Below, piece by piece: positions 20,020 through 30,390 of a DNA stretch of 64,000 nucleotides; within the stretch, counting starts at the first letter, position 1, and each line of letters opens with the position of its first letter. Source of the DNA: an uncultured Nitrososphaerota archaeon (GTDB lineage: Archaea; Thermoproteota; Nitrososphaeria; Nitrososphaerales; Gagatemarchaeaceae); NCBI GenBank assembly GCA_963718895.1, contig CAVRAG010000008.1, positions 960,001-1,024,000 of the forward strand, read 5' to 3'. A program made the translations under genes and the position numbers. The notes below the pieces were generated by a model. It saw only the letters and a list, made by a program, of their open reading frames with translations. It was not told the DNA's origin and did no database searches.

Positions 20020-20287
20020 GCGTCTCCTGCGAGGCGTTAGCTGAAGATAAAAGTGATTGGGTCGTAAAGGAGTCCCTGGTCTGTCGCTGATACGACTCCC
20101 TCCCTCTCGCTCCTCTTCGAACGAGCCCAAAATAGCATCAAATCACCACACGCAGTTCATTCTGGGCTAATCTGAATAATGGGCCGGAAGGTATGCATTT
20201 AATTAATTAAGCGAATCCTTACAACCGCACCATTCATTTTTCAGAGGTTTCTGATTCATTCGTATCTCCTTGGCGTGTCGCCGTATA

Positions 20288-21830
20288 TTACTCGAAGATC
20301 CCGCTGAAGGAAAGTGTCTGACCATCACTCATCGTAATGACTCCGGCGAAGGAGTCGCCATAGCTTTGGTTCCCGGGTAGACTCGTGATGTAGACAGAGC
20401 AAAACGAATAGCGGTCGAATAGTTTAGCGCATTGATCCATTGACAGGTGAAGAATACGTTGACCCTCCAAATGTAAGGGCGATGGAGGAAATGTTTGGGC
20501 TATACCCTCCGGCATCCCACGGCTCGTAGACGCTTATTACTCCTACCGCATTTGCTGGCGAAACAACAGCTTCCGAGTCTAGGCTTGGACTGCAGCATAC
20601 GAGCGACTAGCTGAGAACCCTGACCCTCTGGGTGGACCAAGTCGGCCATTACACTGACATTGTAACCTTTAGAAGGATAGTTGCTTCCTGGATAGGTATA
20701 GTTGATTCTGAGCAATTGTTGGTCGGGTATGAGAGCTATATGGGTAGATTCCCTTGGCGTCGAGATACAGACTCCCAAGGTAATCACTTACTGGCGCGGC
20801 CAATGTGACCGTGATTCCCTTGGAAGGCCCTAGTCCATCGACTCTCCCCACAATGAACCACTTAGGGGAGGACTGGGCTTCATGCTTATGATGGAGAATG
20901 GAAGCGATGCCTCTAAGCTGGTTATTGTCGCATTGGTCGAAGTGAATTGTGGTGCGAAGTAAAGTTGACTGTCAGGCTGGTTGAAATAATGTCGTGAGAT
21001 GGGACCCAATCATTGTAGCATGGGTTGTAATTGAATTGAGCGCAAAGGCTGAGTGGTTGGATAGCCCGTGAGGCCGGAATCGCATCCCAGACTGAAACCG
21101 CCCCTTGAAGTTCGATGGTGACTCCCGATGGGAGAAAGCAAGGGAACATTGCACACTGATTGGTGACCGTTAGATTATACCCATTCGGCCCTAACGGAGA
21201 AGGGTACAATCCAATCCCGGTCAAGACTATGAATGGGGGTCCCGTATCGTTGTAAATTGAAAGCACCATGACGTCGCCCACTTCAGCTCCTGTAAGCAAG
21301 GAGATTCTTGACGGAAGGCTGACGTTCTGCACGACGAACGAGCTGTAAAGTGAACTGGAGGAAGTCGAGTACGCTTTCCCCACCGTCGAATATAGTGCGT
21401 GTTGAATGGTGCGATCGGATGCTGTTACGTAGACGTCTCGTCCCTCAGGCATCGTAGTGCCTGAGGCGGGGACCTGAAGCACCTGTCTCCCCACAAACGA
21501 AATATTTTGCCATGCGAAATATCCGTACTTCGAATCGCTTGAGGAAATCAGGGCCTGGAACTGAAACAGCGCAGGTCCAGCCGTATGCCCACTGCTAATC
21601 TCTGAGTTGGTGTTGGTAGACGTAAGGGATTGTGTTGTCTGAAACGACGATGAACCAATTGTGGCCGTTGAAGACGAGTTACCTGGTTGTGTTATCGAGG
21701 AAGACGAACTTTTTTGGGGATTTAGTGATGTGGCCAGTCCTATTCCAGCTCCAAGAATTACAAGAAGAACTATTCCGATTATCACTATCCTGCCAATGGC
21801 ATAGCGTCGTCGAGATAGACTGCGACTCAC
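20288..21830 (-). pseudogene. Fragmented secreted/surface protein(s) with class III (pilin-like) signal peptide
   Basis: RRRYA|IGRIVIIGIVLL N-terminus, Ser/Thr linker; same-strand fragments 20922-21830, 20669-20851, 20500-20787, 20288-20515. Confidence 0.5.
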
Positions 21831-21999
21831 GTTTTGACTTCTAAATCTCCAAAAATCCCATCGACTTCTTATTCTTTCCGAGTCAGGTAGCTATTGCGTT
21901 TCCTGACCATGCGACAGGTTCCGTTCAACCAATAGCACGCCTCATCCTTATCCAGCTAGCTAGGCACGGCTTAATAGAAACGAACCTGGTCTATCGGGC

Positions 22000-22620
22000 G
22001 TGTCAGAAGATTCGTTACCTCCTGGTTTCACGATAGCACGCCCGAGCATCACTCAAAGGATGCGGGCGTTGCGAACAAACAGGTTCCTGAGAATCGGTGT
22101 CATCCTCGTTCTCGCGGCAAGTTTGGTGCTTCTGACCTATTCCTATGGGGTTCGGTTTCCGACCAGCGCACCAATCGCTGACTGGATCACCGCCACAACG
22201 CTGGTCATCGGGTTAATATTCGGAGAAGATATTCGCACTCGCTTTTTTATCAAACCTGAACTTGGCTAACACTCTCAACCCGAGACCAAAAAACTTCGGG
22301 AAAGACCACTGAAGCAAGCGAGACTCTTACCGATTGGCTCTCGCCACAATTACGAGTTACAACAGGAGTTCTCAGGGTTGTATCGCCTATTTCTCTGCAG
22401 ACGGATTGCGCATGGCGCCTTAGGTGCATATGAACGGCTAAGCTGGCAATTTTCGATAGGCGATCCCGATGTAGAGGAGATAGCAGACAGGACGGACATC
22501 CGAGAAGGAGACAGTAAGGTATTGATGCTGGTTTATTCGAGGAGCGAAGGCGCATCCTATTACTTCGATTCTCAGGAGCATCAAACGGCGGACGACCCGA
22601 AATACAGGTTAGAAACCTGA
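22000..22620 (+). pseudogene. Membrane protein, probably frameshifted (22000-22269 plus 22378-22620)
   Basis: Two-TM N-terminal ORF followed by a same-strand fragment; AT-rich. Confidence 0.4.
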
Positions 22621-22878
22621 CAGATGGTATAAGGCAACAATCCTCATCGTGGATAGGAACCGACGAGAGAAGGAATGGAATATCCGAATCCATTCTACTA
22701 AGAAAGGCGAGTTAGGAGTCTATCGTAAAGAAGAGGTCCCCGATGATGAGAAGTAAATATCAATTCCCTTCGACATGAACTCGCTCTTGGATACCCTAAG
22801 GATGGGTGTACCTCCAAAGCAGCTTCTTTTCCCCAAAATAGCTCAATTATTCCCCCTTTCCTAGCCCCCCTCAGGCGA

Positions 22879-23110
22879 GCCCATAGCAAGCAACACCCCC
22901 GCGAATCGAGCTCTTTCGGAGCGAAGATGAGCGGCCCCGCTTCAAGGCGGGGTGAAGGCGAAAGCCGAGCGGAGGGGCAAAGAGGGGGGAGGGAGCCCCG
23001 AAGGGGCGGAAGGCCGTGAGGAGCGAAGCGACGGACACGGCGAGCGAAGCGAGGGGGTGAATTTGCACCGAAGCGAAGGATGAGCCTGAAGGGCGTTGCT
23101 TGCTATGGGC
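22879..23110 (+). other. Multi-hairpin structure (candidate single-strand origin or transfer origin)
   Basis: Perfect 16-bp terminal IR gcccatagcaagcaac/gttgcttgctatgggc enclosing several hairpins, including two GCGAAGC and gccccGAAggggc. Confidence 0.6.
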
Positions 23111-24977
23111 GAGCATTCTTTTCGCTAAGGAACTCTGCGAGTGTCGCCACATTGACCCGCGAACTCTTCAGCCTGGCGTATCTGTCGCTCTTCGCGATGT
23201 CAGAGTTCGGGACAAGGACAATGAACGGCTTGATAGCGCTGAGCTTGGAGATGCGTTCCTCAAGGTCGCTCGTCCTCGTCTTGAGCCCCGTCTCTATCTC
23301 GTAGTATGCGCTCTCGGTCTCTACATCGGCGAGGCTCTGCCCCGACTCTGCCACGCTGATGACCTTCTCCTGATTCTCGCTCAGCCTGTCGAGTAGCTGC
23401 CTTACCATGTATCGGTGAAGGCCGCTGACCTTCTCTTCCCCGCTCTTCGCAAAGTACAGGGAGAGGGTCTCTCCCGACTCGGCATCGTCGTACTTCTGCG
23501 CCTGGACTTCTCCGGCGCTGAGAAGCTTCAGGAGAACGTCCCTGACCTTCAGCTTCGCGACATTCTTGTCAATGTGGTAGTTCTCTTCTATTTGGCTGGC
23601 TAGATCGGGAGACCCAGACCACGTCACCATTGTCGAGCCTCTCCCTGACTATCGCGCCGTAGTCTATCGCGGGGTTTTGCGACTGAGCACTAGCAACATC
23701 AGCGGGCGCGCCATACTGCGCCTGGCGGTCTGGAAGCTCGACCCTGTCCGCCCTGAAGATCGGGATTATGCCGCCGTTCCCGACCCGAAAGGTGAGGTCT
23801 ATGAACTGGTGAGGGCGCAGCTCCTTCACTATCCAGACGTAGGCGGAGTCTATCTTGCGTATCGCCTCCAAATCTCTCTCGGACGTGGTGTTGAAGACAA
23901 GCTGAGTCGCAAACTGGTTCCTGAGCGCGTCGGGTATGTCGGAGTAGTTCTGCGTGGCCGTATAGAGGGCGCCGAACTGCCTGATTTGCCGCATCAGGGT
24001 ATCAACAATCGTCCTCGCCTCGGTCTCGTAGAGCTGTGTGAGCCTGTGAACCTCGTCTATCACGATGAGGGTCTTCCTCTTCTCCTGCAATCCGAGCCTG
24101 CTCGTCAGCGAACTCCATATCTGCCTCAGCGCGATCTCGGCGTAGAACGTCTTCGCGCTCTCGTCGAGGTATGAGAAGTCTAGGACTGTGTCTTTGGCGA
24201 GGTCTATGCTGAAGGAACCCTCCCCGACGACCAGACCCCCAATCTGTGCCTCTATCAGCGCGAGCGCTTCCTTCTGTATGTCGGTGGCCTTCCTTCCCGT
24301 GCGCTTGAGGTTGTCCTTGAACTCGCTCCAGTTCTTGCTTTCGCGAGCGACGCTCTTGACTATCGCCCTGACCTGCGAGAAGGTAATACCCCTCACATTG
24401 GCTGGGAAGGCCAAGAGCGTATGCTATCGAGAACGCGTCCGCGTCCTGGAACGGGTCGGGTATGTGTCTTGGAGACGTCTATCACCTGGCATGGCATACG
24501 AAGGTAGGCGTCGTTCGGCTTGAACGAGAAGACGATCTTGGGCTCCTTCGCCGAGAGCAGGAGGACGTTCATCAGCTCGCTCTTGCCCATGCCAGAGCGG
24601 CCGCAGACCATCACGGACGGGTTTCCCTTCCGTCCGATGTATTCCTCAAAGTTCACGTAGCAGTGGTCTATCCGCTTGACGAGAGGTATCTCCCGCTTCC
24701 CGTATCTGACTACCTCGGGACGGCTCCTGCCAGACGCGGATTGCCTGTATTCTACGATGGGCTCCAAGAGGTCGGCGAAGGCAACCTGCCTTATCGGGGT
24801 GCGAGCGAACCTCCTCAGTATGCTCGTTCTCATTATCAGCAGCGCAGCCATGGCAATAGGAATGAGAGCGACTGCGATCAGGACGGGCTTGCGACTGTAG
24901 AGGAGCGGGAAGGCTATCAGGATCAGGAATGCTACGATCTCGTGCTTCGTCTTCTCGGTGAAGGTTGAGACGTTCAT
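23103..24977 (-). CDS. Membrane-anchored HerA/VirD4-like ATPase with C-terminal PD-(D/E)XK-like domain (two frameshifts)
   Basis: Overlapping ORFs: two TMs and Walker A GRSGMGKS; Walker B IVIDEVH and ATQ; ADV..YYEIETG. Confidence 0.75.
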
Positions 24978-25165
24978 CTGAATTCCTCCCTGAGTATGGC
25001 AAGCCAGGTCCCTAGCTTCGCTACGAACTCAGTGGCCGAGAGAGTGTCAGGCTCGGCGGCAAGGACTCTTCTGAGGAGGGACTCGCTGTCCAGTGTTGTT
25101 GCGGCCAATTCCTTCAGCTGCCGGATGTCCACCGTGCGCTCGTCCAGCACTAACTTACCTACCAT
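24974..25165 (-). CDS. Small hypothetical protein coupled to the ATPase gene
   Basis: 63 aa; ATGA overlap with the ATPase start. Confidence 0.7.
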   Translation of the reverse strand: MVGKLVLDERTVDIRQLKELAATTLDSESLLRRVLAAEPDTLSATEFVAKLGTWLAILREEFR

Positions 25166-25203
25166 ATCGGTAGGAGCCGAAAAACGACAGAATTATAAGC
25201 CTT

Positions 25204-25216
25204 CCTACTTAGTAGG
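25204..25216. promoter_or_regulatory. Palindromic operator in divergent promoter
   Basis: cctact-t-agtagg next to TATA-like attataag in a 57-bp divergent gap. Confidence 0.55.
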
Positions 25217-25222
25217 TATGCG

Positions 25223-25894
25223 ATGAATGCAGTCCCAGTAAAGGTCTCTCTCCTTCAGCTTCTCGAAGTTGAGCCGAAGCGTTACTCCGACGTGGTGAGA
25301 GAGCTGGGAAGGCCGGACAAGACGGTTTACGTGACGCTGGTGGCGCTCGTGGACTCGAAGCTCGTTGCCAAGAACGACGAAGGAAAATATATCCTGACGG
25401 ACGCTGGCAAGCGTGAACTGGAACGAATAAGGTTCGTCAGAATGGCGGAGGAGGAGGACGATATCGAGATTATCTCGAACACGCGGACGGCGATAGCGTT
25501 GGGCAGGTGCTACGATCTCCTGTTTGACATCCGCTATTTATTGTCCCGAACGCCAAAAGCCGAAGGAGAAGACAGACGGGCGGTTGGCGAAAGGATGAAT
25601 GTCATTAGAAACCTTCTGCTGAAGTACAACCCATCACTGAAGAAGGATGAGCTGCTGAAGGAAGAGAAGAAAGGACTTGACATCGGCATTGCAGACCTAG
25701 TAAGCGGCGGGATATGGTGGGGAAAGAGGTTCGTCAAGTGGGGGCTGAAGGATAGGTACATTCACCTCGTGAATCTTACGCGCGAACTCCCTGAGGGCCC
25801 GGTAAAGGACGAAATACTAGCCTCACTTGCGTTGTTTAGAGAGGTGGTCGGGAAGCTGGATAGCAGACTGAAGGAGTTGGCCGCGTATTCTTGA
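25223..25894 (+). CDS. wHTH transcriptional regulator (putative element repressor)
   Basis: PKRYSDVVRELG..DKTVYVTL...GKYILTDAG. Confidence 0.75.
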   Translation: MNAVPVKVSLLQLLEVEPKRYSDVVRELGRPDKTVYVTLVALVDSKLVAKNDEGKYILTDAGKRELERIRFVRMAEEEDDIEIISNTRTAIALGRCYDLLFDIRYLLSRTPKAEGEDRRAVGERMNVIRNLLLKYNPSLKKDELLKEEKKGLDIGIADLVSGGIWWGKRFVKWGLKDRYIHLVNLTRELPEGPVKDEILASLALFREVVGKLDSRLKELAAYS

Positions 25895-26169
25895 CGCTCT
25901 CGGAGAGAGCCTGGAAGCACATCCGCGAGAGGCATCCCGAACTCTCGAACTACGAAGGATTGATCAGGGACGCGCTCGCCGGGCCCGACATCGTCCTGAA
26001 GGGCGATCAGGAAGAAAGGAAGGCGGTCAAGCTGTTCACGAAGACTCATCTCGGGTCCAAGTACCTCGTTGTTGTCTATCGGGAGGAGAGCGGAAAGAAG
26101 GATATAATAACGGCCTACTTCACTTCAGATTTGAAGAGAGTCAAGGGTGAGCCAATATGGAAAGCCTAG
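25891..26169 (+). CDS. PBECR/RelE-like toxin nuclease
   Basis: WKHIRERHPEL, PDIV, YLVVVY, IITAY. Confidence 0.75.
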   Translation: MTLSERAWKHIRERHPELSNYEGLIRDALAGPDIVLKGDQEERKAVKLFTKTHLGSKYLVVVYREESGKKDIITAYFTSDLKRVKGEPIWKA

Positions 26170-26354
26170 TCGTGAAGCCTAAGAAACTGGACATAGACTA
26201 CGACGAGAAGAGCGACGTGCTCTATATCTCAGTGGGCAAACCGAAGGAGGCAGACGACTCAATCGAGCCACAAGAGGGCGTTGTGATGAGGACTCGGAAG
26301 GGCGAGCTCGTGGGCATCACGATCGTGGGTCTGAAAGCTCATCTCAGCAGATAG
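26157..26354 (+). CDS. DUF2283 (YuzE-like) putative antitoxin
   Basis: YDEKSDVLYI...GELVGITI. Confidence 0.85.
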   Translation: MESLVVKPKKLDIDYDEKSDVLYISVGKPKEADDSIEPQEGVVMRTRKGELVGITIVGLKAHLSR

Positions 26355-26365
26355 GTGCGGGCATT

Positions 26366-27654
26366 TCAAAACGGGAGTTTCATTATCGCTTCTCCGTCCG
26401 GCAGCGAAGCCACGTATTCGAAGCCCTGATTGATGTATGACTTGACCTCCTTAACGGGTATGACCTTCTGCCTCGACCCATTGCTGTTCATCATCCCAAC
26501 TAGCCGCTGCCTGACCAGGCTCTGAAGTTCCTCATTCGTCATGTCGTCGAGATTCATCTTCTCAAGCTCTTCTTTCTTGAACCCTGCAACGATGAGGAAC
26601 CGTTCGTTGAACGCCTTACTGATCTGCTTCTCGGTGGCTGACTCTGCCTTTGTGGAGAGGAGAGAGTCGCACTTCTTGTAGGCTTCCCTCATCTCCTCGA
26701 TCATCGAGGGTGGGAGCGTCCTTTGTTCGTCGAATACCTGGCCTCGATGTCCCCTTTGTGCCCCATCAGGAACTGGAGGTAAGGATGTGAGATGAAGCCC
26801 TTCGACTCCGCAACGATCATGCCGGTGTCACAGTAGGCTCTAAGGACGTAGGGTCTCCATGTGAAACCTGCCTTGAGAATCGCTTCCTTCACGTCTCTCG
26901 TCACGAGGGTGGTTCTCAAGAACCGATTCTTCCTGATGCCCCTCGGGTCGAATGCGAGGAGCGCGCTTTCGGCGGTAAGCTTCTCTCCCTGCTTGACCCT
27001 CTCCTGAATGTGCTCTTGGATGTAGGTGATCGCCTCGCCGCTGACGAACGCGAAGTAAGGGTGCCTCGCCTTGCTCAGCGCCCTTCTCACGAGCAGAATC
27101 GTAGGGACCTTCTCGAACTCGATTCCGTCGTCCCTTACCTTTGCCTCGGTGAAGTCTCCCAATCGTATCCCATCCGTCCCGAGGTAGTCGCCGAGGCTCT
27201 CAGGTCTGAGACCGCTGAACGCCATCAGCGCAACCGAAGTTCTTCCTCTGGGTGATGCCATCCTGAGGATTCTCGATAGTTCGTCCTTGCTCGGAATCCT
27301 TTCGCGGGCTATCGTTGGGGTGTCGGAACTTCCCTTGATGTTCACCTTCAGCTTCACGTCGAGGTTGTTGTAGGAAGTCCAAGAGAGGATGACCTTCCTG
27401 AATCGCTCGATGTAGGAGCCCGCCTTCCCGTCCTTCTCCATCCTCCTGACGAAGTCGGTAAATTCGTCCCTGAACTTCTTGGATCGTGCCTCTGCCAGTA
27501 TCTCTCTCGGCGTGGTCTTTGCGAGGTTGGAGTATAGCCCCAGCGTCCTCAGGTAGACCGTCGCAGTGATGACGGACTTGGCTTCGAGGTTCTCATACCA
27601 TCTGCGGACATCCTGATCGTCGAGAAGATGCCTGTATTTGCTCCCAAAGGGCAT
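26366..27654 (-). CDS. int: Tyrosine recombinase/integrase (frameshift ~26715)
   Basis: SGLRPE, YVLR, LMGH...ARY catalytic set; continues in frame as MIEEMREAY. Confidence 0.9.
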
Positions 27655-27705
27655 ATTTGGTCACTGGAAGGGCAATTTAATAAAGGATTCTCTTAATAAT
27701 TTAAG

Positions 27706-27803
27706 TGGGCCGGAAGGGATTCGAACCCTCGACCTCTCGATTATCAGTCGAGTGCTCTAGCTAAGCTGCCCGCTCTCTTATCGGAGCTCTGAGCTACCGG
27801 CCC
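27706..27803 (-). tRNA. tRNA-Ile(GAT) with 23-nt intron at 15/16 (27766-27788)
   Basis: Cloverleaf, anticodon arm ctcga-ctGATaa-tcgag; BHB gctc ag|a...gggc ag|c. Confidence 0.9.
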
Positions 27804-28085
27804 AAGGGGTAATGAACTCGTTCGTAATCAGCGGGGAAAGGACAGGGAAGGTCAGAGAGGGTGGTCCCCCTTTCACGCTCCTGGAGGGCAGAGAGTTGGC
27901 ATTGATAGCGGCGGGAATCAGGAAAGTCATAGAATCAGAGTTTAGGGTCGAGGTCGGGCCTGAATTCTTCAGGGACGGCTGAGTCGACGGACGTCGGCGT
28001 CCCTCCGGTTATCCTTGTGGTTATAACGACTTCGAAAAATCCGCCGACAAGACGTTATTAGTCCAAACGATTACGGCACTGGTAC

Positions 28086-28853
28086 TTGTCCACAGAGAAC
28101 GGAAGGCTGAAGGGAAGGGTCGCCATCGTGACAGGCGCGTCCAGAGGGATCGGGCGTGCAATCGCCAGAAGGTTCGCCGAGGAGGGCGCGAAGGTCGCCA
28201 TCAACTACAACGCGTCCTCGAAGGAGGCTGAGGACCTCCGGCGAGAGATATCTGAACGCGGAGGAGAGTCCATCACATTCAAGGGAGACGTCTCGAACTA
28301 TGAGGATGTGAAGCGGTTGGTCGAGGCGACGGTGTCGAAGTTCGGTCGGATCGACGTCCTCGTCAACAACGCAGGGATCGTCTTTCGGAAGAAGATCTTG
28401 GAGTCCACCGAAGAGGATTGGGACAGGACGATGGACGTGAACCTGAAGAGCGTCTATCTCTGCAGCAAGGCCGTCGCTCCCATCATGATTGCGCAGAAGC
28501 ACGGCAAGATCGTCAACATATCTTCGATCTCCGGCATCAACGGCCCCGCATCTGCGCTGGAAGTACCGGACTACACCGCGTCCAAGGCGGGGGTAATCGG
28601 ACTGACCCGGGCCCTTGCGGTGGACCTCGCCCCTTTGATCAACGTCAACGTGGTCTGTCCAGGTGCCGTCGAGACCGACATGCTCGCGACGATGAGCGAC
28701 CAGGCGAGGAGCGCCAGGATAGCGGAGACACCGCTCAGGAGGTTCGGGAGGCCGGAGGAGATCGCCTCGGCCGTGCTCTTCCTCGCCTCCGACGACTCCG
28801 ACTTCGTGACCGGGGAGACCCTCGTCGTATCCGGCGGAAGACCCGTTACGTGA
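28086..28853 (+). CDS. SDR family oxidoreductase (FabG-like)
   Basis: TGASRGIG, NNAG, YTASK. Confidence 0.95.
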   Translation: MSTENGRLKGRVAIVTGASRGIGRAIARRFAEEGAKVAINYNASSKEAEDLRREISERGGESITFKGDVSNYEDVKRLVEATVSKFGRIDVLVNNAGIVFRKKILESTEEDWDRTMDVNLKSVYLCSKAVAPIMIAQKHGKIVNISSISGINGPASALEVPDYTASKAGVIGLTRALAVDLAPLINVNVVCPGAVETDMLATMSDQARSARIAETPLRRFGRPEEIASAVLFLASDDSDFVTGETLVVSGGRPVT

Positions 28854-28904
28854 CCGCGCCCCTTCAACAGTCTTAATACAATCATGAACCTGAGCGGCCC
28901 CGAT

Positions 28905-29002
28905 GGGCCGGTAGTTCAGTTGGTACGAACGCCCGCCTTGCACGCGGGAGAAGGCAAACGAGCCTCCCTAGGCCGAGGGTTCAAGTCCCTCCCGGTCCAC
29001 CA
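28905..29002 (+). tRNA. tRNA-Ala(TGC) with 21-nt intron at 45/46 (28951-28971), CCA encoded
   Basis: G3:U70 pair, cccgc-ctTGCac-gcggg; relaxed BHB ag|a...ag|g. Confidence 0.92.
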
Positions 29003-29745
29003 TCATTCATTCGGTTCCTGACCAAATTGGCCCTCGTTAGGGCCCCAGAAACTCGCCAAAAATTGTGTGAACATGAAAAGATGAGAAGGCCGAGCCTGGG
29101 AGTCGCCGTACGACGTCCTCGAGCCACTTCAAGACCATCGAAATCTCCTCCCTACTCTCGTGTCCTCGCGAGTCAGGAGCCTCGCCTTGAGCATTCTCGC
29201 GACGCGCTCTTCTCCGACTCGATCAATCTGAGGAGGTCATTTCGACGTCGGCCGAGGCTACTTTGTCTCCGGGTTCCGGAGCAAGACTACGGGCTCGCCT
29301 GAGAACAAAGTGGAGGTTCGCCAAGAGCATGAGAACCCCGCTCCCGCCCAGACGAGCAAGATGGTCGGGATGTTTGGATGGTGACCCCGACGAGGACGGG
29401 ACTTGAACCTCCATTCTCAAAGACTTGGCCGGTCGCCGGACCGGCGCTAGTCGTCGGACTTGCTACAACGTAGATGCCCTGCGTCGAAGACTAGATGGAT
29501 CGGATTGAGAAAGACGCGTCCGGAGCGGGGAAGAACTTGAGAAGGGTGCTGGATGTTCCGTTTTGGCCCCTTATTGTATAGCTCACCAGCGTGTCTTTCG
29601 ACGCTGAGATTGCTGTGGCCGGGCATATCGACGGTGCCAGCTGGCCCTCATCCAACTTGTTGATAGAGGCGTCGCCAAGAAGCAGGCCCGACAGGAGAGA
29701 TGGCTTCGTTCGCTGATGGACTCGTTCTCTCCGACATCCGCAAAG

Positions 29746-30390
29746 TCAAGCAGGCACTTCAATACGCCTCGAATGCCCTGCCTCCAGCTCAAATCGGCGA
29801 TGGATTCTCCTCCTCGGCGCTCTTTCAAGCCGCGCCTTTACGAGCTTCCTGAGGTGCTTGTACTGGTTCCTGATCGTCACGTCTTTCACCCCAGCCGCCT
29901 CCGCCGCTTCGACCTGGGTCAGCGCCTCGCCGTTCAGCAGTGACGCCAAATAGAGGGCAGCAGCCGCCAATCCCTGGGGGAATACACCTGCCGTGATTCC
30001 AGCCTTCTCGGCTGCTGACAGTATCTCTCGGGCGTCTGCCTCCACCTTCGGGTGAACTTTCACTCGGGAGGCAACCATCGCCAGGCATTCTGTCGGGTCG
30101 GCGACGGGGATCTTCAAGTCGAGCTCCTCGACCAGCAACCTGTAGCGCCTAGCTACCACTATCTTGTTCACGCCGCTGGCTGCTGACACGTCTGCCAGCG
30201 TCGCCGGGACCTTCCTCTCCCTGCAGGCGGCATACAGGGACGCGGCCGCGATTTGGCGAGACCGGTGCCACTCTGGCGAGGCCCCTTCCCAGACTCTTCT
30301 TGCATATGCGGGCGGCCTCGTCCGCAACCGCCACTGGGATTGAGAGTTTCTCGGAGAACTCAGTCAGTTCTTCGAGAGCAATCCCTACCT
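29746..30390 (-). pseudogene. tfb: TFB (TFIIB) cyclin-repeat fragment lacking the Zn ribbon; frameshifted
   Basis: IAAASLYAACRE..PATL, GLAAAALY, TQVEAAEAAGVKDVTIRNQY. Confidence 0.8.

Larger units (their letters stand above)
20180..27720. mobile_element. Integrative element at the tRNA-Ile 3' end
   Basis: Direct repeat tgggccggaagg at 20180-20191 and 27706-27717; integrase abutting the tRNA; AT-richer cargo. Confidence 0.85.

Noticed and set aside
26700-26725. Integrase break as SSV-type split integrase or programmed frameshift
   Set aside because: No att sequence or slippery run at the break; consistent with a single indel error
27812-27982. 56-aa ORF upstream of tRNA-Ile
   Set aside because: No recognisable motif and it overlaps the expected tRNA promoter region
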